A DNA stretch of 64,000 nt from an uncultured Verrucomicrobiae bacterium. Lineage in GTDB: Bacteria > Verrucomicrobiota > Verrucomicrobiia > Opitutales > JABDGR01. Shown in pieces: positions 9,654 through 18,418 of this stretch. The first letter of the stretch is position 1, and each line of letters opens with the position of its first letter. Under the pieces are notes generated by a model, which was given only the letters and a program-made list of their open reading frames with translations, was not told the origin of the DNA and did no database searches. The position numbers were made by a program, and so were the translations under genes. The DNA lies in contig CAVXVB010000009.1 in assembly GCA_963765205.1 (NCBI GenBank), forward strand, positions 608,001 through 672,000, written 5' to 3'.

Positions 9654-10043
9654 TTATTCCACCGAAGCTTCGACCCAGGTGGCGCGGAGGGTGGCGAGGA
9701 TTTGGTCGCGGGGCGTATCCTTGCGGATGTAATTGAGCGCGCCCGCCGCGGCGCATTTTTCGACCATTTCGCGCGACGCCACCGCTGTCATCATCACGAC
9801 GCAAGCGGCGGGGTCCAGGGCGAGAATGCGTTCGAGGATGGCGAGGCCGTCTTCGCCGGGCAGGTTGAAATCGAGCAGCACCATTTCCGGCTCTTGATGC
9901 TGATACATCAGCAAGGCGTTGGGGCCGTCGCTGGCCTCCTTGATGTCGGTGGCCCCTGCTTCGGTGGCGATCAACCGCAGGTAGGCGCGAATATGAGGTT
10001 CGTCGTCAATGATTAAAAGCCGTTGGGGAAAGTCGGGCGCCAT
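9654..10043 (-). CDS. Single-domain (CheY-like) response regulator
   Basis: LLIIDDE, VLLDFNLPGEDG, VMMTA and YIRKD (KD where KP is usual). Confidence 0.9.
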   Translation of the reverse strand: MAPDFPQRLLIIDDEPHIRAYLRLIATEAGATDIKEASDGPNALLMYQHQEPEMVLLDFNLPGEDGLAILERILALDPAACVVMMTAVASREMVEKCAAAGALNYIRKDTPRDQILATLRATWVEASVE

Positions 10044-10112
10044 GACCCTCGCAGTTTGCGGCAAGGACTTCCGCTTGGCAAGCCTGCACCGCAGAGTTTG
10101 TGGCCCGTTCTA

Positions 10113-10194
10113 TTCACCGCCAAGGCGCGAAGCACGCGAAGGCCCGTTTTAGCGTCGAATGCTTCCTTTGCGCGCTTCGCGCCTTGGCGGTGAA
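10113..10194. repeat. Palindromic intergenic element (TTCACCGCCAAGGCGCGAAG ... CTTCGCGCCTTGGCGGTGAA)
   Basis: 20-bp perfect inverted arms; related copies at about 31173-31297 and 41365-41436. Confidence 0.85.
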
Positions 10195-10213
10195 AAAAGT
10201 CTGGCAACCCAAC

Positions 10214-10633
10214 TTAAGCCGCCACGCAGACCTGCAATTCCTGCTGCAATTGCGCGAGCAGATTGTAAAGGGCCTCACACCGTTGGCGCCAGCGTTCCGC
10301 TCCCAGGTCGTTGTAGCGGTATTCGACATCCTCGCCCAGTTCGCACAGCGTGGGCAGGCCCAGCATGCCGAGCGAGCCGCGGGCGTGGTGCGCCAGCCGG
10401 CGCAGGGTGGCGACGTTGCCCATGTCCACGGCCAGACGCAGGCGCGGCAGGCTGGTCGCCAGCAAGTCCAGGCACAGGTGGAAGACCTGCTGCTGGGTGT
10501 CGGGGTCATCGCCGATGTATTCGACGATCTTGTCCCGCTGCATCAGCGAGTCGGGTTCGGGGGCGCTGGGCACCGTGGCGGTGTGGGTCAGCCCCTGGAG
10601 GAAGAACGAAGGCGCGTAGGCGGTGGCATTCAT
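10214..10633 (-). CDS. Hpt (histidine phosphotransfer) domain protein
   Basis: LRRLAHHARGSLGMLGLPTLCELGEDVE matches the Hpt H-box. Start trimmed to ATG 10633. Confidence 0.8.
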   Translation of the reverse strand: MNATAYAPSFFLQGLTHTATVPSAPEPDSLMQRDKIVEYIGDDPDTQQQVFHLCLDLLATSLPRLRLAVDMGNVATLRRLAHHARGSLGMLGLPTLCELGEDVEYRYNDLGAERWRQRCEALYNLLAQLQQELQVCVAA

Positions 10634-10889
10634 GGCGAGGAGAGGTTTTGAGTGTTGGTCTGACGAGACTTGGTTTTGCTTCACTGTTGCCAGTATAGAG
10701 GCAGGCCATCTCTTCAGCCATCGGGCGAACCCTGTAGCCCCGCCTGCTATGATTGTGTAGCCAGGTAGGGGTGGGATGACGTAGCCCCACCCGGAAAAGG
10801 GGGGTATTCCTCCATTTTCGCCGCGTAGAACCCATTTTACCGTCCTGGGCCATCTGCTGGGCTTCAACCCTTTGCGGCCCAGTGTCCCT

Positions 10890-11654
10890 TCAATCGCTTG
10901 CACCGTTTCGCGCTTTGGCATCCTGATTTTGTTGCTGCACATAGGGCCGGAACATTGCGAGGAAATAGTTTGAGGTGTAAACCTTCCCTGCTTCCAGGCC
11001 CGGAACATTGGCGTAGCGTTGGGCCACCGGGACAATAAGGTCTTCACCCCTATCATCGGCTTTGAGCCAAATCGCCTGGAAGTAAATCGGGACCGCGCTC
11101 AACAATCTCGCCTCATACGACCTATCGCGCACCTGATCCGACGACGCCAATTGGTGCAGGATTTGCGCGGCCGCATCCTCCCCCGTCGGTGCGCCAATGC
11201 TGACCAGGCGCGTCTGGCCGTCGTCGCCGACTGTCACCACCGCACCGCCGACGATTGTGTCGCCCGACACGAGATCGTAGGCAAATCCGCTTTTATGCGC
11301 CGTTTCCAATCCGCCCCCCTCGGCAATTTGGCCGGGATCGAGGTGGAAAATCTCGTAGGCCGGCTTAGCCACCACAATATCGGGATCAATCGTAACTCCC
11401 TGTCTGGCGCCTTCCCGCACGAACTGATCTGACATACCCGGAAAATGATACATGGCGGCCGTCACGATGGCAACGCCGTTGGGAGGTTCAGGCCCAATTC
11501 GAATTCCGGTGGGATGCTCGTTTGTCATCTCGTGGCGTGGCCAGGCCACTTCCACATCACTGGACGTCACCGATGACGTGTTTGGCGCAAGCTGCGCGCA
11601 GCCGCCGCCCGCACCAACAACCAACCCCAACAGGATAACAGGGCGTAATTTCAT
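10890..11654 (-). CDS. Hypothetical lipoprotein
   Basis: Signal peptide ending GGGC; YEARLLSAVPIYFQAIWLK segment. Confidence 0.6.
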   Translation of the reverse strand: MKLRPVILLGLVVGAGGGCAQLAPNTSSVTSSDVEVAWPRHEMTNEHPTGIRIGPEPPNGVAIVTAAMYHFPGMSDQFVREGARQGVTIDPDIVVAKPAYEIFHLDPGQIAEGGGLETAHKSGFAYDLVSGDTIVGGAVVTVGDDGQTRLVSIGAPTGEDAAAQILHQLASSDQVRDRSYEARLLSAVPIYFQAIWLKADDRGEDLIVPVAQRYANVPGLEAGKVYTSNYFLAMFRPYVQQQNQDAKARNGASD

Positions 11655-11715
11655 GGCGGAATCCAACTTGGATGCCGCCTAATAATGCTCAATAGGCCGG
11701 CGGACGCAACCAGCA

Positions 11716-14700
11716 TTACGCAATGGCCGGTTTGCGCGCAATTGTCAGCGCGACCGCCAGCAAAAAGCCGAGAACCACGAGACCAACCCAGCCCGCCCAC
11801 ACCACGGGTTTCGCCGCCGGGCCGGCGGTGAGCTTCAGCGAGAGTTCCGCGTTCGGGTTTACCAGCAGCGATTGCGTGAATTCATAGACAGTGCCGCGTC
11901 CCGGCAGCGTGGCGTGGATGGCGACGGGATGGGGGAGGGTGTCGGCTTGCTGCATCACGAGGCTGTGCGCCAGCGCGGCGAGCACGTCGTTTTCCTCAGC
12001 GGCGTTCGCGCCGAGGATTTTGCGCGCCTGCTGGTCGGTGAAACTGAGCAATTCCGCTTGGGTGAGCACCGGGTTCGCCGCCGCCTGCGCATTGGGCGCC
12101 GCGCCGCCGCCGCTCCCCCCGTTTTGGTTCACCACCAAATTGTTGGAGTTGTTGAACAAATTCACGTCGTTGGCCAGGCCGACCATCGCCTGGGTCTCGC
12201 GCAAATTCTGCCATTGCACGCGCGCGTCCTCGTTGAAGGCCGAATCCTTTTGCGAGATTTGATACGCGCTGTTAAACAGCGAGCGCGCCTCCATCTGCTG
12301 GCCCTGCTGCAAAAGTTTGTTGCCCTGCGTCAGGAAATTTTCCGCCTCGGCGTTTTGCTGGTTCAGCCGGACGTTTTCATTCGTCACATAGTCCTCGAAG
12401 TTGGCCGGATTTTTCGCGGCCACGCCGGCGCCGGGGCCGGTCTGCTGCCAGGCGCCCGCCGTCCAATGGGAAATCTTCCACGTCTCCGGCAGGTAGAGCT
12501 GCCAGGTGATGTTTTGCAGCGGCAGGTCGAAGCGCGGCCCGGCCAATTCGGCTTCCTGCCACGCGCCGCCCGCCGGAGTGGTTTGCTGGTAGAGGAATTC
12601 CACGGTGGCGGCCTGGCTGGGCAGCGGATTCGGTTCGAGCGGCAGCAGGATTTCATCCGCGCCCTGGCTGCCCACACTCGGCGAGACGCCTTTGTCGTTG
12701 ACGAACGCGAACCAGAATTTGCTGCCTTGCGGCAGAGTGACCGCCAGGTTGCGCTCGTCGCCCGGAAAGAGGCTGACTGTCGCCTCGGTGAGCAACTGCC
12801 CGTCGGGCGCGACTAGCGAGCGCAGTTGCACGGATTCCACGCGCGCCGGCAGCACCTTGGCGGCTTCGTGGCGCACGACCTCGACCGGCAGCGTGAAGGC
12901 CGCCTCGACCGTGCGGAACGTCAGGCTCGGCGCGCTCCCGTCATATTCGCGGCGCAAGGTCGTGGGGACGGATTCCCAGTCGGTCGCTTGAAGCGCAGAC
13001 GGCGTGGCGGTGACGCGGGTCTCGAGCCGGCCGCGCGAGCGTAAGTCAATATAGCCGCGCTGCAAGTCCACGCCGAGCGCTTGCAAGCCGGCGATGGCGA
13101 GCTGGTTGTCCGCGCCCGCGGGCGGCAATTCGTAAGTGGCGGCGAGCGTGAGCGCGCCAATCGAGCGGCGTTGCAGGCGCACGAGCCACTGGCCGGGCTG
13201 GCCGTCCACCGGCACGGCATCGCTGACCTGCGCGCCCGTAATATGGACGCCCATCGCGTCGGAGGGCACTTGCAGGCGCAGCTCGCGCACGCCCGCGTTG
13301 TCAATTTGGTAGGCCAGATTCGCGCGCACTTCCGTCGAGCCTTCGCGCACGGTCACGTCCTGCAACACGTCGGCCTGGATGTGCGGCGCGACTTTTTCAA
13401 TGTCGAGGGCCAGCGTCCAGTCGCTTTGCAGCAGGCGAAAGACGAGCGCACCCGGCGTGTCAATCTGCAAGTCTTTCGGGTCCACTTGCGTCAGATTATC
13501 GCGGGTGCGAATTTGCGGGCGCAAGCCCAGTTCGGGCAAGAGCACGAGCTGGCCGGTGTGTTTGTCCGCTTCCGTGATATTCAAGCGCGGCGCAATCCAG
13601 TTTTGCTGCGCGGTCAAACCCGGCGCGCTCAACTGAATGTCGAACGACAGGTTGCCGAGGGTTTTGCCCTTGAGATTCAGCGTGACAATGTGATCCGCGC
13701 CGGTGCCGGTTTCCAGCGATTGGCTCAATTGGTTGCCACTGACGGTTTCGAGTTCGAAGCCGGCCGGCACCGGAAAGCTCAACTTGAAAATGCCCGCGCG
13801 GCTCACCGTGACGTTGAGGTGCGCCGCGAGCAGCACGCGGTCTTCGCCGAGCGAAAGACGCTGGAGGGAATCCACGCGCACGTCGGGCACCACGGCCAGC
13901 GCCTCCGCCTGCAACGACGGGTCGGCCGAGCCATAAGAATAGGCGTGGCGCACCGTGTCCGTGTCTCCGCTTGGTGCGGCGGCGCGGGCAATCGCAGCGG
14001 GAAAATCATCCAGGTTCACCGTGGCGAGATTGACGGGCGTGACGATACCCAGCTCGACTTCCGTGCCGGTGGCCAGCGCCAGCAAGCCGGTGTCCGTGGT
14101 CGCGCCGTCCAGCCGGATCGGCGTGAGCGATGCAGTGTAGGGCAGCGGCTTGGTCGAAGACTGAGAATGGATGACGACCTCGAAGGCGCTCGTGCGCGGG
14201 GGATCGAAGTAGGCGTGCAGCTTGTGCTGGTCGGGGTCGAAACGCCAGGAGGCCAGGCTGGCGGCGTCCACCTGTGAGATGGTCAAATTCGCGGGCACGC
14301 TGAACACGAGTTCCTTGATTTGGCCCTGCGCCAGGCGGATGTTGAGGTCGTGGAGTCCATCCACAATTCCCGCGGCGGGTGCGTAAAGCTGCCGCCAGTC
14401 CGCGTAATACTCGGGCTTTTCCGCGCTCAAATCGCGCGCCCGGGGCGCCCAGCGCACAATCGGCGCGGCGTTCGGCGCAAAATTGGCGGTGACGCGCGGG
14501 TGCCCGTCCGCGCCGGGCACGGTGCGCAGCGCCACGGCGTTGTCGGAGCTGGCGTCGAGGTCGGCCCGCGGCAGATCGAGCGTCAGTTCATTCACCAAGC
14601 CGCCGGGCGTCGGCAGCACGACGGCGGAAGCGCCGCCCGCAAAGTCCGACGCGCGCACTTCGTAGGAGTAGGAAACCTTAAAGGTTCCGGCCTCATTGGA

Positions 14701-17700
14701 GGTCAAAATATAATTATCCGTGCCGTTCGCAGAGCCTTGCGCGAGCGTGAGGTGGTTCGTGTCGCCCGTGAAGTTAGTCAGCACCGCCGGCGCCCAGAGC
14801 AGGGTGAGCTGGTTTCCTTTTTCCGCCCGCCAGGAGAGCACGGCTTGGATGCGCGCAAAACCGTCCTGCACCGTGCCGGTCTGGTTGATGGAGATGACCA
14901 AGCCGGGCGCAGGCGGTGTTGGCGCAATCGGAACCGCCGTGGCGGCTCGGGTCGTTGGCGCGGCGCCCAGCAAGAAAAATAGCACCACTGTGGCGACGAC
15001 GCCGGCGGCGGCGGGCACGGGCGGTGGGGTGGGCGCAGCCGGTTTTCCGCGCAGGCTCAACAATGCGCGGCCGGTGGCCCACGCCAGGGCGAGGGCAAGC
15101 GCGGCGCAGAACCATTCCGGGCCCAGCGGCAGGCCCAGCAAGCCGACGAGCACCAGCAGCCAAGCGCCGGCCCGCCACAAAATTCCCCGCTCCCTAATCC
15201 AGCCCAGCAGTGCCAGAATGAGGCCAGGCGCAAGGAGCCACGCCATCGGCTCGGCCTGGTTTTCCGGCGCAGTTTTAGGCGCGGGTTTATTCGTAATGGA
15301 AAAGGACAAGGCATGGTCGGCCTCGGTCACCGGAATGGACAAATGCACCCCGTGCTCGACACCGGGTTGGTCGGTGTCATGCGCCGCTCTCACGCCGAGT
15401 TGCGCCAGCAGCAGCACCCCCGCCAGCGCGAGCACGGCCCCCAGGCCGCTCCCCACAAATTTGATCAGCCGATTCCGACCGCGCACCCAGCGCAGCAGGA
15501 GCAATCCCGCCACCGCCAGCGCCACTCCGCCGAGAAAAGCCTGCTGGTGCGTCAATTGTGGCGCCGGTGGATTCCGCCATTTCAAGAGATACGGAACTAT
15601 CGGCGGCTGCGGCGTTGCAGTATTGCCCGCAATGACTTGGGCCAGCCAGCCCAGCCCGCTCAGGCGCGTCGTTTCCGCCACTGGCGCGCCAGTGGCCGCG
15701 CTCAACTGGTGGTCGTCATCGCCCGATAAATTCCAGTCCGTCACCAGCACCGGGGCATGGAGCGTCGGCGCGACCACCGTGACATGGCTGGCGTCTTTCG
15801 CCCCGGCGGTGTATTCCAAAGCGACCAGGAGTGGGACGTTCGGGTCGCCTTTGCGCGGCAGCGGCACCAGCAGCGCCTCGCCCCCCGCGCTTTTGTCCGC
15901 CACCGGCACCACGGTTTCGCCCGCGACCGTGATGTTCCACAGCGTCGCGCCGGCGGGCATCGTGAGTTGGAGAAAATCGTGCCCCTTGCTCTTCAACAGG
16001 TAGCGCGCGGTGGTGCGCACTTCGCCGGTCGCGGAAACATGCGTGTCGAGCGCGCCGATGTCCACCACCTGGTCCACCGTGCTCCCGGCGGCCAGCGGCA
16101 GCAATTGCAGCGTCGCCTCGAAGGGCCGCGCGGCATACTGGTAGCAGGCCAGGATCGGCGCGTCGCACAACAGCCGATATTCGGCGGGGATTTCCGCCGC
16201 TTCCAGGCGCGCGAGGCCGTCCGAGATTTTCACAGGCGCAATATTGAACGGGTAGCTGCTGGCCAGCAGCAGGTGGCCCTGCTCGGTCTGCACGTCGAGC
16301 GGCTGCAGGCCGGTGAAGGGCAGCGTGTCGCCCGTGGCTTTGAACGGCAGTTCGTAGGTCGCCAGCAGCGTATAGGCACCCGACACCGCGTGGTCGAGGT
16401 GGACTTCGTAAATGTCGCCGACCTGCGTCACATTGCGCTTGTAGGGGCCGGTAAACTCGACGTTGCGGTAGCCGCCGGTGTTTTGCAGGCGCAGCACGTC
16501 CACCGGCGCGCCCGCGATATTGTAATTAATGACGGTGCTGCCGAGCGCCAATTCCTGCCCGATGGAAAAGATGTGCAGCGCGTCGGCCTGCACACTGGCG
16601 GCCAGGCGCTCGACGCGCATGGTGGCGCTCCACGGCTCCTCCCGGTAACGCAACGCCGCCTGCAAGTTCTCCAGTTTGATCGGAAACGCCGCCGTCGCGT
16701 CTTCGAGGCCGTCCAGCACGCCCGGCGTCAGGCGCAGGCTGGCGTCGCTGGTGATGCCGACGAAGCCGCGCGCGCTCTTGAAGCCGGGGTCGTTCTTGGC
16801 GTCAATATACAAAGGCGGCACCACCCAATCCGCCGCGGCCGGCGCGTTGGCGGCGGGCGTGGCGTTGCGTTCGAGGCGCAGGCGCACGACCTGGCGGCCG
16901 ATGATGGGCTGGGCGAACACCAGGCGCAATTGCGCGCGCCCCTCGCCGGTGGCAGTCACAAAATGATCGGCGATATTTTGGTTGTCCGCCTGTAATCCCG
17001 CCACGGCCCAGTCCGCCGGGACGAGCAGGCTCAGTTCGCGCAGCGGCGCTTCGCGGATGTCGAGGTTCAGTTCCGCCTCGACGTAGGTGTCCGTCTCGCC
17101 GAGGTGGTAGGCGATGATGCTGTCCACCGTGAACTCCGGCAGCACGTTGTCTGCATTCACCGAATAAGTGTAGCCGGAATCGGCGAAACGGTAGGCGAAG
17201 GCCTGCGTGGACGCTGGCGCATTGGCCGGGCGCGCGACCGGGAATTGCTCGGGCGCGATTTGCGACAGCCCGGTCGCGTTCGCCACGTCGAGCCGCACCG
17301 TGCCTTCGTTCTGCACGCGCAGCAGGCCGCCGTAGCTCGACGCGCCGACGGGTGCGAGGCGCGGGGGCTTCGCCGTGGCGGGTAGTGCGGCCAGCGGCGC
17401 TTCCAGTTGCACCACCAGCGGGTAGTCGCCCGTCTGCGGCGCGTTCAGGTCCACCGACAAACGGCGCAGGCCGGCCGTCGCGCCGGGGGCGACATTCCAT
17501 TTCAAAATCGTATTGGCCGGACCATCCACGTGGGTGACTTCGCCGTCGCCCGTGACATCCAGGTCAATATGTTCCAGTTTGCCTTGCAGCACATGGAAGA
17601 CGATCTGGTCCATCTGGCGCAGGATGCCCGGCGCCACGGTGTCCACCACCGCGCCCGTCGCGGAAAAGAAAAGTTTGCCGGCGGTTTCCGGCGGCGCTTC

Positions 17701-18234
17701 CTTCCAGCGCAGCACGACGTGCCCCGCGCCCGGCAAATTCGCCGTGATGCGGCCGTTCGCGCGCACCGCTTGCGAGGCGTCGGGCAACTCGACCTTGGCG
17801 TCGTCCGGCCAGCCTTCGAGGACGATTTGGCGGATGTTGGCCGCAACGGGCGTGAAGTCCACCGTCTTCCAGCCGTCGCCTTCTTGCACGTTGGCGCGGA
17901 AGGGCAGGTCCACCGCCAGACGGCTCCACGTCCCGGACTTGAGCACGATGTCCCCGCCCCGCACGTCGAGCCACGTCGCGAGCGCGTCCGGCACGCTCGT
18001 CGGGCTGACGGGGCCGGCGAGCAACACGCGATCCTCGCCCGTTTTGCCGGCGGGCGGCGTGGCGACCGCGTGCAGCGTGAAGCCCACCTCGCCATTCGTG
18101 TAATGGCCGGTTAATACGAAATCACTCAAAGTGATGTTGGCCGAAGGCGCGGGGCCGGCCGGCGCGCTGGCGCAACTGCACAAACCAAGCAGAGCGAGCG
18201 CGGTCAGGAATCGTTGGCGGAGGGGGGTGTTCAT
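11716..18234 (-). CDS. Giant (2172 aa) envelope protein: two duplicated multi-domain beta-rich halves around a multi-TM segment
   Basis: N-terminal signal/lipobox-like LGLCSC, about 8 repeated ~175-aa modules, central hydrophobic helices, TPR-like helices and a C-terminal TM. Confidence 0.8.
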   Translation of the reverse strand: MNTPLRQRFLTALALLGLCSCASAPAGPAPSANITLSDFVLTGHYTNGEVGFTLHAVATPPAGKTGEDRVLLAGPVSPTSVPDALATWLDVRGGDIVLKSGTWSRLAVDLPFRANVQEGDGWKTVDFTPVAANIRQIVLEGWPDDAKVELPDASQAVRANGRITANLPGAGHVVLRWKEAPPETAGKLFFSATGAVVDTVAPGILRQMDQIVFHVLQGKLEHIDLDVTGDGEVTHVDGPANTILKWNVAPGATAGLRRLSVDLNAPQTGDYPLVVQLEAPLAALPATAKPPRLAPVGASSYGGLLRVQNEGTVRLDVANATGLSQIAPEQFPVARPANAPASTQAFAYRFADSGYTYSVNADNVLPEFTVDSIIAYHLGETDTYVEAELNLDIREAPLRELSLLVPADWAVAGLQADNQNIADHFVTATGEGRAQLRLVFAQPIIGRQVVRLRLERNATPAANAPAAADWVVPPLYIDAKNDPGFKSARGFVGITSDASLRLTPGVLDGLEDATAAFPIKLENLQAALRYREEPWSATMRVERLAASVQADALHIFSIGQELALGSTVINYNIAGAPVDVLRLQNTGGYRNVEFTGPYKRNVTQVGDIYEVHLDHAVSGAYTLLATYELPFKATGDTLPFTGLQPLDVQTEQGHLLLASSYPFNIAPVKISDGLARLEAAEIPAEYRLLCDAPILACYQYAARPFEATLQLLPLAAGSTVDQVVDIGALDTHVSATGEVRTTARYLLKSKGHDFLQLTMPAGATLWNITVAGETVVPVADKSAGGEALLVPLPRKGDPNVPLLVALEYTAGAKDASHVTVVAPTLHAPVLVTDWNLSGDDDHQLSAATGAPVAETTRLSGLGWLAQVIAGNTATPQPPIVPYLLKWRNPPAPQLTHQQAFLGGVALAVAGLLLLRWVRGRNRLIKFVGSGLGAVLALAGVLLLAQLGVRAAHDTDQPGVEHGVHLSIPVTEADHALSFSITNKPAPKTAPENQAEPMAWLLAPGLILALLGWIRERGILWRAGAWLLVLVGLLGLPLGPEWFCAALALALAWATGRALLSLRGKPAAPTPPPVPAAAGVVATVVLFFLLGAAPTTRAATAVPIAPTPPAPGLVISINQTGTVQDGFARIQAVLSWRAEKGNQLTLLWAPAVLTNFTGDTNHLTLAQGSANGTDNYILTSNEAGTFKVSYSYEVRASDFAGGASAVVLPTPGGLVNELTLDLPRADLDASSDNAVALRTVPGADGHPRVTANFAPNAAPIVRWAPRARDLSAEKPEYYADWRQLYAPAAGIVDGLHDLNIRLAQGQIKELVFSVPANLTISQVDAASLASWRFDPDQHKLHAYFDPPRTSAFEVVIHSQSSTKPLPYTASLTPIRLDGATTDTGLLALATGTEVELGIVTPVNLATVNLDDFPAAIARAAAPSGDTDTVRHAYSYGSADPSLQAEALAVVPDVRVDSLQRLSLGEDRVLLAAHLNVTVSRAGIFKLSFPVPAGFELETVSGNQLSQSLETGTGADHIVTLNLKGKTLGNLSFDIQLSAPGLTAQQNWIAPRLNITEADKHTGQLVLLPELGLRPQIRTRDNLTQVDPKDLQIDTPGALVFRLLQSDWTLALDIEKVAPHIQADVLQDVTVREGSTEVRANLAYQIDNAGVRELRLQVPSDAMGVHITGAQVSDAVPVDGQPGQWLVRLQRRSIGALTLAATYELPPAGADNQLAIAGLQALGVDLQRGYIDLRSRGRLETRVTATPSALQATDWESVPTTLRREYDGSAPSLTFRTVEAAFTLPVEVVRHEAAKVLPARVESVQLRSLVAPDGQLLTEATVSLFPGDERNLAVTLPQGSKFWFAFVNDKGVSPSVGSQGADEILLPLEPNPLPSQAATVEFLYQQTTPAGGAWQEAELAGPRFDLPLQNITWQLYLPETWKISHWTAGAWQQTGPGAGVAAKNPANFEDYVTNENVRLNQQNAEAENFLTQGNKLLQQGQQMEARSLFNSAYQISQKDSAFNEDARVQWQNLRETQAMVGLANDVNLFNNSNNLVVNQNGGSGGGAAPNAQAAANPVLTQAELLSFTDQQARKILGANAAEENDVLAALAHSLVMQQADTLPHPVAIHATLPGRGTVYEFTQSLLVNPNAELSLKLTAGPAAKPVVWAGWVGLVVLGFLLAVALTIARKPAIA

Positions 18235-18268
18235 AAATGGGGTGGGGATGGGTTGGGGTGAAATGTGG

Positions 18269-18352
18269 TAACGGCGGGTCGAGGACGCCCCGTCCTACCT
18301 GGTGATGCGCCATTTGAGCGTTTTAGGTAGGGCGGGGCGTCCTCGACGCGCC
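18269..18352. repeat. GTAG-type REP doublet in inverted orientation (REPIN-like)
   Basis: GGTAGGACGGGGCGTCCTCGACCCGCC on the minus strand and GGTAGGGCGGGGCGTCCTCGACGCGCC on the plus strand. Confidence 0.8.
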
Positions 18353-18418
18353 TTCTTTTGGATAAGGCGATTCTGAAGATACAAAAAATAAATTCATAAA
18401 TTTCATGTTCGATTTTTT

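Noticed and set aside
10634..10889. Possible riboswitch or sigma28 promoter upstream of the Hpt gene
   Set aside because: Only weak hairpins and a poor motif match; no conserved riboswitch core recognised.
18235..18418. Third copy of the ECF promoter before the giant gene
   Set aside because: The nearest match (CTAA-N15-CATC) has the wrong spacing and sits within the REP doublet.
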